Shown: piece by piece, positions 24,132 to 37,100 of the stretch
How positions within the stretch are numbered: the stretch's first letter is position 1
How the letters are laid out: each line of letters starts with the position of its first letter
Source of the DNA: Laetmonice hystrix
Taxonomy: Eukaryota
DNA length: 64,000 bases
Reading direction: 5' to 3'
Assembly: GCA_965235115.1 (NCBI GenBank)
Contig: OZ249438.1
Span: forward strand, 6,510,001 to 6,574,000
Program-made: the position numbers and the translations under genes
The notes under the pieces: generated by a model
What the model was told of the DNA's origin: nothing
What the model saw: the letters and a program-made list of their open reading frames with translations, nothing else
Database searches by the model: none

Positions 24132-24355
24132 CAGACATGTCCAGATTGTGGCTGTGATGTTGCCAAGGTTCCAAGGCATCTTCGCAAGGTTCACCAATGG
24201 CCAGCGGACAAAGCTAAACACTGGCAAATGATAATGCGCCGGAGGACTGCCACTCTCCTTCCAGCTAGCAAATGGACCAAGCACAGGCGCATACACTCCT
24301 GCCCAGTGACGGGATGCCATTACATTGGGCGTCAGCTTTCTCAACACTTGAAGAC
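24132..24355 (+). CDS. Exon with two C2H2-like zinc fingers (missed by the ORF track)
   Basis: tttgctag|QTCPDCGCDVAKVPRHLRKVH...HSCPVTGCHYIGRQLSQHLK|gtgagt; phase joins the preceding exon. Copies near 26914 and 33205. Confidence 0.7.
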
Positions 24356-24661
24356 GTGAGTAGAGTTCACTTTTCCTTACCTTCCAGTTCCCTCTTCTTC
24401 AGTGCCCAACAATTCCATGTTGGATGTCAAATTTAGATTATGTGTTGACCCCTCTTCTATAGTCAGGACTTGCATTTAGAAAAAATGACTTCCGACAAAT
24501 TGCTTTTATGCACAGCATAGGCTGTAAATAATACTGACAATAACATTTACCAAATCTACAAACACCAGTCTTCAGTCCACTCATCAAAGTGATTCTTTCA
24601 CCACCTTCATTTGTTCTTTTCACTTACCTGTGACATGCCACTCTGTGTTGCCATCATTCAG

Positions 24662-24809
24662 TGTCACACACTATGCAACCGGTGGGCGTATTCTTACAAC
24701 AAAGGAAGTTAAACGGATGCTGAAGGGGGTCATGACGCTAGGAAGGCCACCGTTGCACCTTGATACATCACCAACACCACCAGCTCCAACACAACCGGTG
24801 TCCATCACG
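24662..24809 (+). CDS. Further candidate exon of the same unit
   Basis: cattcag acceptor; VTHYATGGRILTTKEVKRMLKG..PAPTQPVSIT; donor acg|gtaagc; duplicated near 27445. Confidence 0.4.
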
Positions 24810-26435
24810 GTAAGCATCTGTTACTGGGGAAATTCACATTTACTATGACTGCTCTCATATGGAAAGCCACTTACCTGCTTCGGTGTCTTTGCCTAAAGTG
24901 TCATGTTGGGTTAGGTTAGGATGGCTTACATGACCTACCGTACCTGTTTCAGCCAATGAAATCTGCTTTAAATCATTCCATTTCTAGACAGGTGCCACAG
25001 TTACTTGAGTCGCACGCCTGATGGAAAGTATAACTGTGTAACATAACATTTAGCTATTTCTCATTCACTTTCAGGCACAATCATAACATTTGTCTACACT
25101 TACGTCCTTTTTTGCATCAATAGTTCAGTTCTAAGGCTACACAATTTCAGTAAATTTGGTAACAATGATCCCAGTGAATTTGGGCACTCTGTCTTTTTTT
25201 AGGAAAAATCAGCTTTTCTGTAGTCAAGTCCTCTTTTAGACCCTACTTTGAAAAATTATGTTCTAAGATGGCCATTGGCATACTCATACTGTGTAGGCTA
25301 CTTTCATTTTCAACATACAATAACCCCACAAAGAACTTTTGAGTTGATCAGGCAAAGCATGTTGTAGACCGCAATGATCAAAGTCTTAAACACAGGAAAA
25401 TTTACCTGAATCTCTATAGTCCGGTGACATTCTAGGGCCTGCTGATCTTGTTATGACGGGAAAGAGGGTTTTTTTGGCTGCTGAGGCTAAGGTTAGGCCT
25501 AAATTTAAATTTAAATAAAATCCTGGGGAGGCCCCTGGGGAGGCCTTCAGACCCCTGCTATCTAAACGGCTGGCTCGCACCTGAATGTTGGCGCCCGGTG
25601 GCTGAGTTTGCCCCCCCCTTCAAAGACCTAGGGCTAGGCCTACCTACACTCCTGGCCCCCTTCCCCCGATCTGCCACTGAAGTGAAGAGGTAGGCCTAGA
25701 ATCTAGCCTCTCTATGCAGGGCTAATTTAAGGTCCCCAAATTTCAGCCCATCGCATTTCATTGAAATGTTCTTAGATGATCCGCATTTGCCGGACTTCCC
25801 CTATACTATAGCCTAACTACAATACAGTGGTCCCCCTCCTAAACGGGGATCGTTAAGTACATATGGTTACCACAGGTACCACACATGAGATAACTACACA
25901 TAGTTATAAAACTAGGTGGCGACTTCCCATGTAGAGGGAGGGGGAAAAGGGACATGTACATGGAGTTATTCTTGCCAAATAACCTCCCACATAACAACAT
26001 GACACAGTTTCAGTTCAGAGACAGAGTGACAGTTCAGAGAGAAAATATAATATTATTTAAGGAAAGACTCTAATCTTGTCTGTTTCATTTACGGCTTTTT
26101 CTAGACTCTTCTTTTAGCAAGTCAGGAAGTTTGTAAATGCAGTCCAGCATCTGAGTATTCTGCTGTTACAGAGCAAAGTCTAAAATATGCACTGAATGCT
26201 GCCAGGCTTGTTTAGGGGTTTGATGACCAGCCGGGTCAAGGTGAGACACTTGACCTGACAGCCGGCGGCCACAGGGTGGAAGTGGGTGGGTTGGGGGGGG
26301 GGGGGCGTGGTGATGGAGGGTCGGCAGGCAGGTGGGCATGGGGGAGACAGTGTTATGACTGAGCCATTATTACTGCTGAGGGAAAGGCAGCCAAATCTGA
26401 TTCTCAAAGGCTGGTCGCTGATAAGGGGTGACCAG

Positions 26436-28616
26436 TGCTCCATTCAGTCACTGAATTCCACTGAGTTGGATTTAATAAACAAGGCAACATTACATGTAGG
26501 CATCTAATGATTTAGGCCTTTAGTGTTCATAAATTCCCAGGGCATGTCCTTCAGCATGGTCCACCGTTGTATGCCCTCTTCTCCAACAGGAAGCAACAAC
26601 AAGGACCACCAGGCCAACTGCAGCACAGGCCAGCAGAGAGCCGCAGCAGCCACCTCCCAAAAAAGGAAAGAAAGTTAGTTCTCATTTCATTACTTAACAA
26701 CATCATGATTTGGCTTCTGCCTCAATGACATTCTTCCATTCCTTGTCCAAAATACAGCAATCCTGCCCAGCAGCTAATATTCTGTATTACAAAATTTCCC
26801 AAAGTCTCACTGTGATACCAAATGTTACAAAAGGTTGTTGACATGTTTCTTTGTAAAATTATGTTTCCCACATGTCGTTGGTGGAGATCACTTATTATCT
26901 GTCTCATTTGCTAGCAGACATGTCCAGATGGTGGCCGTGATGTTGCCAAGGTTCCAAGGCATCTTCGCAAGGTTCACCAATGGCCAGCGGACAAAGCTAA
27001 ACACTGGCAAATGATAATGCGCCGGAGGACTGCCACTCTCCCTCCAGCTAGCAAATGGAACAAGCACAGGCGCATACACTCCTGCCCAGTGACGGGATGC
27101 CATTACATTGGGCGTAAGCTTTCTCAACACGTGAAGACGTGAGTAGAGTTCACTTTTCCTTACCTTCTAGTTCCCTTTTCTTCAGTGTCCAACGATTCCA
27201 TGTAGGATGTCAAATTTAGATTATGTGTTGACCCCTCTTCTATAGTCAGGACTTGCATTTAGAAAAAATGACTTCCGACAAATTGCTTTTATGCACAGCA
27301 TAGGCTGTAAATAATACTGACAATAACATTTACCAAATCTACAAACACCAGTCTTCAGTCCACTCATCAAAGTGATTCTTTCGCCACCTTCATTTGTTCT
27401 TTTCACTTACCTGTGACATGCCACTCTGTGTTGCCATCATTCAGTGTCACACACTATGCAACCGGTGGGCGTATTCTTACAACAAAAGAAGTTAAACGGA
27501 TGCTGAAGGGGGTCATGACGCTAGGAAGGCCACCGTTGCACCTTGATACATCACCAACACCACCAGCTCCAACACAACCGGTGTCCATCACGGTAAGCAT
27601 CTGTTACTGGGGAAATTCACATTTACTATGACTGCTCTCATATGGAAAGCCACTTACCTGCTTCAGTGTCTTTGCCTAAAGTGTCATGTTGGGTTAGGTT
27701 AGGATGGCTTACATGACCTACCGTACCTGTTTCAGCCAATGAAATCTGCTTTAAATCATTCCATTTCTAGACAGGTGCCACAGTTACTTGAGTCGCACGC
27801 CTGATGGAAAGTACAACTGTGTAACATAACATTTAGCTATTTCTCATTCACTTTCAGGCACAATCATAACATTTGTCTACACTTACATCCTTTTTTTCAT
27901 CAATAGTTCAGTTCTAAGGCTACACAATTTCAGTAAATTTGGTAACAATGATCCCAGTGAATTTGGGCACTCTGTCTTTTTTTAGGAAAAATCAGCTTTT
28001 TGGTAGTCAAGTCCTCTTTTAGACCTTACTTTGAAAAATTATGTTCCAAGATGGCCGTTGGCATGCTCATACTGTGTAGGCTACTTTCATTTTCAACATA
28101 CAATAACCCCACAAAGAACTTTTGAGTTGATCAGGCAAAGCATGTTGTAGACCGCAATGATCAAAGTCTTAAACACAGGAAAATTTACCTGAATCTCTAT
28201 AGTCCGGTGACATTCTAGGGCCTGCTGATCTTGTTATGACGGGAAAGAGGGTTTTTTGGCTGCTGAGGCTAAGGTTAGGCCTAAATTTAAATTTAAATAA
28301 AATCCTGGGGAGGCCCCTGGGAGAGGCCTTCAGACCCCTGCTATCTAAACAGCTGGCTCGCACCTCAATGTTGGCGCCCGGTGGCTGAGTTTGCCCCTCC
28401 CCCCTTCAAAGACCTAGGGCTAGGCCTACCTACACTCCTGGCCCCCTTCCCCCGACCCGCCACTGAAGTGAAGAGGTAGGCCTAGAATCTAGCCTCTCTA
28501 TGCAGGGCTAATTTAAGGTCCCCAAATTTCAGCCCATCGCATTTCATTGAATTGTTCTTAGATGATCCGCATTTGCCGGCCTTCCCCTATACTATAGCCT
28601 AACTTCAATACAGTGG
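26436..28616 (+). repeat. Tandem duplicate (copy B) of 18997-19061 plus 23716-25830, lacking the Gypsy insertion
   Basis: Offset about 2783 bp, near-identical by eye; carries the empty site TTACATGTAGGCATCT with a single GTAGG. Confidence 0.92.
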
Positions 28617-28792
28617 CACGGGGGAGACAGTGTTATTAGGCAGCCAAATCTGATTCTCAAAGGCTGGTCGCTGATAAGTGGAGTTGATGTAGGGAATAAG
28701 GGTGGAATTATAGTGTGAAGTGGTTAATGCAATGGAAACGCTAGAGGCAGGTGGTCGCTGATAAGGGGTGGTCTTTAACAGAGGGACCACTG
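28611..28792. mobile_element. Tc1/mariner-type MITE remnant; a longer copy lacking its right end lies at 25825-26430
   Basis: TA|CAGTGG...GAGGGACCACTG|TA. Confidence 0.7.
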
Positions 28793-29402
28793 TACTCTTG
28801 CACACTCCTCCCAAGGAAATCTAGGCCAGAGAGGCAACCTAGGGAGGTAAGTGTCACCCCCCTGAAAAATATGCTGGGCCACAGTTACGTCCATATCCCA
28901 AAATGAAGTTCCTCTCAAGGAAATATTACACACAAATTACCAATAATTTCAGAAGTTAAGAAAATCGGATGGCCGATCGGATGTAAATCGGCTTAGTGGA
29001 ATTCAGCCTTAATAGGCCTACATTTAAATTCAGAGACTAGACAAAAATGTTGGAGAAAACCAGGTCACCTTATTTGACACGAGACTACATAAGTGCTGCG
29101 TGCGAACTGCGAATTAAATGAATAATGTCTTGTGAAGGAAACGGGCAACTCATAAGGAAATAATCTATAGTCTGTACTACAGTTGTTTATAGTCCAGTCC
29201 TTGGACAAGAGCTATATTCGATGCCTTTTTTAGCTTTGTCACTAGGTCCTGTTTGGCTTTTTCATAGAGACTTGGGATAACTTTACCACTAAAGTATCAA
29301 CAGCTTCACACCCGAAGTTAAAAAAATGGATGAACCAAGATGTCAGCCACTATGGCGAACGTGCTGGACCATCATCTCAAAGACGCAGTAGATTTCTGAC
29401 TA

Positions 29403-30982
29403 ACTTTGGGAATATATTCAAATATCTTTTCACGGTGGTCCTTTCCATCCTATGGCTGCATAATACATTTGAATTTTTTGTTCCTGTTCCATAATGTGTA
29501 AATATACACAGGAAAGTTCTGGAAACACAAACACTGGTTGACACCTCTGCTTTAGAAACTTCCTGTCTGTCATTTAGTATAGGTCTAGGTTATTGCGTGT
29601 TGTTAATGAAGTTTTCCTGTTTTTAGATCTCAACTGCAACATCAGCTAGAAAGGGCAGTCAAATGGCAGGAAAGCAACAGTATAATATTAAAGATGATCA
29701 TCGCCTTCTCAAACCAAACCAGGCAAAACAACAGCAAATATCTTCAAGGGAAAAGACAACCTCTATTGTATCTACATCCACTGGAAGAAGCTCTGCTAAA
29801 ACGTATGAAAAATTTATAGAAGACATTCCAGGGAGCAGCTGCGAAGGAATAAGTATGGTAGAGCGAATCAGTCTCTATCAGGCGTACCTAGAGGATCTGG
29901 ATTCTACCTCCAAATGGAAATCTTCAGTCACACAGGTAGCTAAGGATAGAAGATCAGGCTCCATGAGAAAAAGTAGTACAGTCGGTAAAACAGTGAATGT
30001 TCAACCTGTTGGTGAACTGTGTAAACCATTGCGTGCAAGTGTAGAGGGAAAGCGTGGTAAAAGACAACTTGTCGGTGAACTGCGTGAACCACTCCATGAA
30101 AGTGTAGAGGGAAGGCATGGTGAACAGCAAACGAGAGTTGATGAGGATAATAGTGATGGAAACCCTGGTGACAAGGATGGAAGTTCAGATTTGGGTCTCC
30201 CTGAAGATGATGAGAGTGCCTCGACAGGCAGCTCACTTATTTTGATTGGTACAGAGAGAGACTGGAAGGAATGGACTGCATTTAAACCTCCTGATATAGA
30301 TAGTAGTTCAAAGACTTTTAGTAAAAATGTTCCCTCAGAAGTCAAATCACATGAAAAACAAAGTTGCAAAAGGAAACAATCTGCCCCCAAACTACCAAGC
30401 ATGCATTCTGTTATACATTTAGCTTCAGACAGTGAATCGGAGGCGGGAGATGATGACTTGAGCATTGTCTCATGTGACTTACCTAAGAAGCGTCCCAAAT
30501 GCTGCCGGTGTGGAAGGTTGAAGAGGCTGTTTAAACCATTCAAGTGTGATTCAACAAATACTTCCAGTATTAACAACACAGGACATCAGTCATGTAATAG
30601 TCATGACACACCTCAAAGGCACGCACACCAGAACCCGCTAAAACATGGCACGGTGATCGACCTTACCATTGATTAATGACGCCAGTATATCATTAAATTG
30701 AAGAAGTGCTATTCTTTTATGGTATTAGGTATTATATTTATTCACTTATGAAATACTCTGATGAAAATTTTGTGTTTCAATGATTCTTCGGCGCAATTCA
30801 TGTGGTAAATGACACCAAGATCTTGCTGGTAAAGTAACATGCATCATGCCTTACATAAAATGTAAGCCACAATTTTATAAAGTTTAATCCATGAAAAAAA
30901 TGAAGGTAGTGTTATTATGGTGTGTTAAAAACATATATAATCTGGAGAGATGTTGCATGCAGTGCACATGAAGGCATGAAGG
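29403..30982 (+). repeat. Segmental duplicate of about 8222-10967 (intron end, terminal exon, 3' UTR)
   Basis: Collinear similarity from CTTTGGG(G/A)ATAT to GCATGAAGG; 3' UTRs nearly identical. Confidence 0.92.
29627..30676 (+). CDS. Second intact copy of the putative POU6 terminal exon (350 codons, 2 repeat units)
   Basis: Acceptor ctgtttttag at 29626, phase 0, in frame with ORF 29663-30676; same C-terminus HGTVIDLTID*. Confidence 0.6.
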   Translation: MSTATSARKGSQMAGKQQYNIKDDHRLLKPNQAKQQQISSREKTTSIVSTSTGRSSAKTYEKFIEDIPGSSCEGISMVERISLYQAYLEDLDSTSKWKSSVTQVAKDRRSGSMRKSSTVGKTVNVQPVGELCKPLRASVEGKRGKRQLVGELREPLHESVEGRHGEQQTRVDEDNSDGNPGDKDGSSDLGLPEDDESASTGSSLILIGTERDWKEWTAFKPPDIDSSSKTFSKNVPSEVKSHEKQSCKRKQSAPKLPSMHSVIHLASDSESEAGDDDLSIVSCDLPKKRPKCCRCGRLKRLFKPFKCDSTNTSSINNTGHQSCNSHDTPQRHAHQNPLKHGTVIDLTID

Positions 30983-31037
30983 GTGTATGGGTGACATGAT
31001 TTAGGTTACAGGGGTGATCATATTATATACAGCACTA

Positions 31038-31280
31038 CAGTGATCTGGAAAAACCTAATAGGTCAAGTTTTTGTCCCATTTGAGTTAGTCTCATTTTTGG
31101 ACTTACTAGGTTTTGCCCTTTCATATAGTCCAATGCAAGTGATCAGAACTCTACCCAATTTATAGTTCTTGACCTGGAAAAACCTAGCGTTTGCAGCACC
31201 TCAATGGGAGGAATGGTTTGTTTGTCCCAGTTTTCTCAAAATGAGGCAAAGTGGACTTGCTGGGTTTTTCCAGATCACTG
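31038..31280. mobile_element. Tc1/mariner-type MITE
   Basis: TIR CAGTGATCTGGAAAAACC; second copy in inverted orientation at 41332-41581 ends CACTG|TA. Confidence 0.85.
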
Positions 31281-31515
31281 TTGAGCAGTAAAGTGTCATG
31301 TGATTGCCTTGTGGCTGATCCGTTGGATAATTTCCATTTCTACCAATGGTTGAGAAGCTCGCAACATTTCTCTGCGTGATATTTAGTTGTTGCCTGAGCG
31401 TAAGTTTGTTGTCTAATGTAATACCTAGATACTTGTATGTATCTTCTACTTTTAGTATTTCACCATTAAGGGTGATGTCCTTGTGATTAGTTTCTTTAGT
31501 TACAAAGTGTACAAC
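31281..31515 (-). mobile_element. LINE RT C-terminal fragment
   Basis: ITLNGEIL..DTYKYLGITLDNKLT. Confidence 0.7.
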
Positions 31516-31518
31516 TTT

Positions 31519-33629
31519 GCGTATGAACCCAGATGGCACTGGGGGCCAGGGGGGCCAGGGGGGCCTTCATTCGAAGGTGAGAAAGCCATGTAGGCCTATC
31601 ATAGTACCCACAATACTTGTATCATCGAAGCAGATTGAACTTTTTCCGCGTCACCCAACCCTTAACATCAAACATCGTTACCATCGTACACAATTTCAGA
31701 AAATCTAAGTTGGGGGATTTCTGAGACTTGGAAGACAGAAAGTGCCGACCCACACGAAGTAGTATCTGAGGAAATAGGGTAAGATGTTGGCAGGGTTCCC
31801 GGCTCCCCACCCGGCCTGCTGCCCACCGCCCCGGCCTGTATGGCCTCCCCTCCCCACACGCTGTGCCCGGGTCATCACGACTACCGTGGTTTATGACACT
31901 ATGTTTCTCAAAGGCTACCTGCTGTCTTCTTATGGCAGGATCACGAGAAAACTCGTGTACACTGTGGCCGGAGTTTACCGCACAATAATAAAACATTTTG
32001 AGAGATTGGAATACATGTGTACGTCTATAATGGTGTTGGTTTCAGGGCATTCACGGTCACGTCATTCGCAGAGATTCCCTCGGCCCTAGCAAGTAGCTGG
32101 CAGAAAGCATGCTTGCTGGCACATGTGTATGTTTACAGTTTAGCGATCTTGCTTTTTTCTATTTTTCACGTGTCCTTGAGAAAATGCTCGTATCCTGTGT
32201 TGCTGTTGGGTGTGCTAGTCGCTGTATCAATGGAAATGTGTCGTTCCATCACATTCCAAGTGAAAAAAATGTTAGATCACTGGCTGAGAATGCAATCAAG
32301 CGCATTCACTGGCAACCGAAATCCATCAACCGTGTTTGCGGAAGGCATTTTATATCAGATATGCCTGAGTACTTTAATTTGTTAAATATTACCATGAATT
32401 ATAATATAGCAATGTAAAAGCATGACGGAGGCCGTGAAGTTGCAGTGCCGACTGCAACGGTGCACTGACCCAAACAGGCACCCATACCCGCCCCCAGACG
32501 GAGGTGTGATGTTGATGGAGTTCAGCCCTCTTAATGCCAGCCCCACCCTCACACCCGGTCCCCATCCTGACACCCAGGCACTGCCGCAGCACCGCAAAGA
32601 GAGGGCCTGCCGACCCCGGGCGTCGTGGCTTTCTCGCCGGGTGTTGGAAGAACATGGGCGGTAGCGTATAGGGGGCGATGTTTTGTCTACTTGTCTGCAA
32701 CTTCCCTGCATAATGCATCGCTCCATTCAGTCACTAAATTCCACTGAGTTGGATTTAATAAACAAGGCAACATTACTAATGATTTAGGCCTATAGTGTTC
32801 ATAAATTGCCAGGTCAAATTTCACTGCCCTTGGAGCATGTCCTTCATGTTGGTCCACTGTTGTATGCCCTCTTCTCCAAAAGGAATCGACAACAAGGACC
32901 ACCAGGCCAACTGCAGCACAGGCCAGCAGAGAGCCGCAGCAGCCACCTCCCAAAAAGGAAAGAAAGTTAGTTCTCATTTCATTACTTAACAACATCATGA
33001 TTTGGCTTCTGCCATCAATGACATTCTTCCATTCCTTGTCCAAAATACAGCAATCCTGCCCAGCAGCTAATATTCTGTATTACAAAATTTCCCAAAGTCT
33101 CACTGTGATACCAAATGTTACAAAAGGTTGTTGACATGTTTCTTTATAAAATTATGTTTCCCACATGTCGTTGGTGGAGATCACTTATTATCTGTCTCAT
33201 TTGCTAGCAGACATGTCCAGATTGTGGCCGTGATGTTGCCAAGGTTCCACGGCATCTTCGCAAGGTTCACCAATGGCCAGCGGACAAAGCTAAACACTGG
33301 CAAATGATAATGCGCCGGAGGACTGCCACTCTCCCTCCAGCTAGCAAATGGACCAAGCACAGGCGCATACACTGCTGCCCAGTGACGGGATGCCATTACA
33401 TTGGGCGTAAGCTTTCTCAACACGTGAAGACGTGAGTAGAGTTCACTTTTCCTTACCTTCTAGTTCCCTTTTCTTCAGTGTCCAACGATTCCATGTAGGA
33501 TGTCAAATTTAGATTATGAATTGGCCACCTTCCATGGTCAGGAATTGCATTTAGAAAAAATAAGTTCTGACAAATTGCTTCTATGTCGAAGCATCTTTTA
33601 CCATCACATTTCATTGAAATGTTCTTAGA
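31519..33629 (+). mobile_element. THAP/zinc-finger unit, copy C
   Basis: Collinear with 17701-19055 plus 23717-24520, with deletions; truncated on the right against a Gypsy remnant. Confidence 0.75.
32184..32417 (+). CDS. THAP (C2CH) zinc-binding domain ORF
   Basis: MLVSCVAVGC..VSFHHIP..AIKRIHWQPK..RVCGRHF; all four C2CH ligands in one frame. Confidence 0.75.
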   Translation: MLVSCVAVGCASRCINGNVSFHHIPSEKNVRSLAENAIKRIHWQPKSINRVCGRHFISDMPEYFNLLNITMNYNIAM

Positions 33630-34176
33630 GGGGCAATCTATCTGCAGCACTGCTATGTGGGAGTTGCTCTATCTCAAACCACTGAATAATAGTCCGCTAC
33701 TATGAGATGCTTGTATCCATTCAGCTCGAACAGATCACTTGCCACTTGTACTAGAACCCCCAATCGGGAGTCGGGGACATCCCAGGCAGTTACCACAAGA
33801 AGTTCTTTCAAAGTTTGAACATACCGTCGTTTGTATTTTCGTTTCTTTTACATTGCAACTCCTCGCATCGAGGTAAAAAACCATCAGCTTTCGCCGGTCG
33901 TGCGGATCACCCGTTCTCTCGCGAGATCCCCTCCCGAGATCAGACTGTGGTGTCGCGGTATATTTAGACTTACTAAAACTAAACCAAGTCTCTCAGTTGG
34001 TTCCAGAACACTCCTCGCCTGGTTTTAGGATAAAATCACTACTAGTGAGTCTTGTGGCTGTAGAATGTCTCTGTCCACATATTGTCTATAACAATACTCG
34101 TTAACTAATCTACTGTAATCTCTACAGTCCAATGTTAGGAACTAAAATTGTGGACGAGTTATGAATGATAAGGTTA

Positions 34177-37100
34177 TTAATGCAGGTCTTCGTTTTGAAG
34201 CAGCAACACAAGTTCGGTAACAGGGCGAGCGTAGACCCGCTTGACGCCATCCCGCGCTGTCTGAACGCGGACCTTGCGGACCTGTTTGTCACTGCTGGGT
34301 AAAGTTTCAATGACACGTGCATAGGGCCAGTCATTGCGATGGGTGGTGTCCTTGAGGAGCACAAGGTCACCCACTTGCAGATTGCGCTGATGGGCCTGCC
34401 AGCGCTTTCGCGGTTGGAGTGTAGGCAGGTACTCCTTCCGCCAGCGGCTCCAGAATAATTGAGCAAGATGTTGGACCCGTCGCCACTGGCGTCCACAGGC
34501 GTTTGCTGCATGAGTGAAGTCTCCTGGGGGTGGCCCTATAGGGCTGGACTTCATGGTAAGTATAGCGGCTGGCGAAAGAACTTCAGGGCTGTCTGGGTCC
34601 GATGACACTGCGACCAGAGGCCGACAGTTGATAATGGCTGACACCTCAGCCATGAATGTGGAAAGAAGTTCATGCGTTAGTGGCACCTTCGTTTCTCGGA
34701 GAATGGAGTCCAGGATGCGTCTACTCACACCGATAAGGCGCTCCCAAGCACCTCCCATATGCGATGCATGGGGCACGTTGAACTTCCACTGCATGCTGTT
34801 CTGTGTGAGATAGGTCTCTAGAGTAGTCTTGTCCATTTCCCTTAGCGCCTCATTCAGCTCTCTTGAGGCTCCAATGAAATTGGTGCCACAGTCAGAGTAA
34901 CAGCATTTCACCTGGCCACGTATCCAGTAGCCCTGCGTGCGGACAGCTCCGGCCGTAATCTGACGTCCCTGGTGACGCACATTCTGATGCACGTTGCGCA
35001 CAATCAAGGTTGCGATGTACTGGCGTTTGTGTAGTAGAATGGGGTGTTTCTCCTTGTCCTCTAGGTCTGAGAGATCAAGGCGGCCACCAACTCTCATGAC
35101 TCCGTACTTGTCTAGAAAGGGGCTCAGTTTGTAGAGGGTGCTTCCCTGGGAAACTTTACCATGGCGTTGCAGATGTTGGATGTCTGACTTGAAGTCGTCC
35201 TGTTGTGCTGTCTTGATTATCAGTAACGCGGCACCTTCCATGGTCTCAACTAACCACTCGCTACGGGGACTGACATGCAGCTGGTTGGGCGTAGTCTTGG
35301 AAGACTTGTAGAGACGAATAAAGTGCATCAGCATGGCGATGGCTTTCACAAGTGAGCTCCAGCTTGAGAAGCGAGTGAAACGTTTTGAACCAAGATGTTC
35401 CTCGGCCTGAGCTGTGACCGTTGCTGCAGTGCGAACTTCAGGGTCATCCTGTGGAGTCACATAGGGTAGGCTGGTGCACATGTTTACCTGTGAGGCATGC
35501 AGAAATCTGGGGCCTTGCAACCTTGAAGAGTTCATCAATTCGTGTGCCTTGACGGAGCGTGTTGCCAGGTCTGCCGGATTGACATCCGTTGAGACGTAGT
35601 GCCACTGGGGGGGTGTGCTGGTTTTGCGAATACGTTGCACCCTATTCGCAACATAGACATAGAATCGTCTGGACTAGTTTTGTACGTAGCCCAGCACCAC
35701 CTTGCTATCCGTGTAGTAGCTGACTGACGTAAGTTGAATTCCCAACTCGTCAAGAATGGTGTCCGCCAGTTCCACTGCTAGAACTGCTGCGCACAGTTCC
35801 ATGCGGGGAATTGTTATGGGCTGAGCTGGTGACAGCTTAGCTTTCCCAGCCACAAACTGGACTGTGACCCTGTCTTTGTCGTCGCATAGGCGTAGGTATC
35901 CACAGGCTGCGATTGCTTCTGTAGATGCGTCACAGAAGACATGTAGCTCACGATGAGAGTTGAGTGACATGGGATATTTGCAGTAGGCTCGTGGGACGTA
36001 AACCTCGGCGAGGTCCACGAGAGAGGTGCACCACCTTTCCCAGCGCTCCCTGAACTTGTCCGGCAATGGCTCGTCCCAGTCGAGTGGCTTGCCATCTGGT
36101 CCAGCTGTCGTCATCTAGCGCAAGAGAATTTTTCCCTTGATGATCACCGGCGCGGCCAAGCCGAGAGGGTCGAAAATACCATTTACCAGGGATAGAACGC
36201 CTCGCCTTGTGTAGCATTTGTTGATGTCAGGAGCTTTGAAGACGATTTGATCGCTATGAAGATCCCAATACACACCAAGTGAGCTCTGTATTGGAAGGGT
36301 GTCAGCACTAAGGTCCAGGCTCCGTAGGCTGGGTGCATGTTCAGACTGCGGAAAGTGCGACATTACTTCCATGCTGTTTGAGGCTATTTTGTGAAGATGA
36401 AGGTTGGCTGTCGCCAGCATCTCCCTGGTACGCGTCAGGAGATCTATGGCCTTTTCTGCTGTGGGAAGACTTGTCAGCCCATCGTCGACATAGAAGTTGT
36501 GCTCCACAAACTGTCGTGCGTCCGCGCCGAACTTGCTTTCATTGAGCTCCGCGGTCTTGCGCAATCCATAGGCTGCGATGGCAGGGCTTGGACGATTGCC
36601 AAAAACATGGACCTTCATACGGTGCTCACAAACCTCCTTATCAGGGTTGTTGTCCTTGAACCATAGGAATCTTAGCCAGTCGCGATGGTCCTCTTGTACA
36701 TAGAAGCAGTAGAACATGTGTTCCACATCGGCCATGATCCAAACAGGCTCCTGGCGGAATCTGAGGAGTACTCCAAAGAGCGAGTTGTACATGTCTGGAC
36801 CTGTAAGGAGTGCCTGGTTGAGTGATTTTCCATTCCAGGTGGCGCTGCTGTCAAAGACTATACGTAGGTCTTTAGGTTTGCGGGGGTGGAACACGCCAAA
36901 ATGAGGAAGGTACCATCGAGGGCGAGACTCTCCAGTGTTGGAACCTGGTTTGATGGCTTCAGCATGATCCCTTGCGAGCAGCTTGCCCATGCATTCCACA
37001 TACCGCTGCTTCAGTGCTGGATTTTTATTGAAGAGCTTGCAAAGACACTTGAGACGATTCATTGCCATGCACCTGTTGTTCTCCAGGGAGACGGTGTGTT

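Noticed and set aside
24105-24347. 80-aa minus-strand ORF present three times (MLRKLTPNVMASRH..)
   Set aside because: Opposite strand of the zinc-finger exon; its conservation reflects recent duplication.
35674-36117. In-frame TAG stops in BEL pol as programmed readthrough
   Set aside because: Two stops plus a frameshift and an integrase deletion fit ordinary decay, consistent with about 1% LTR divergence over 6 kb.
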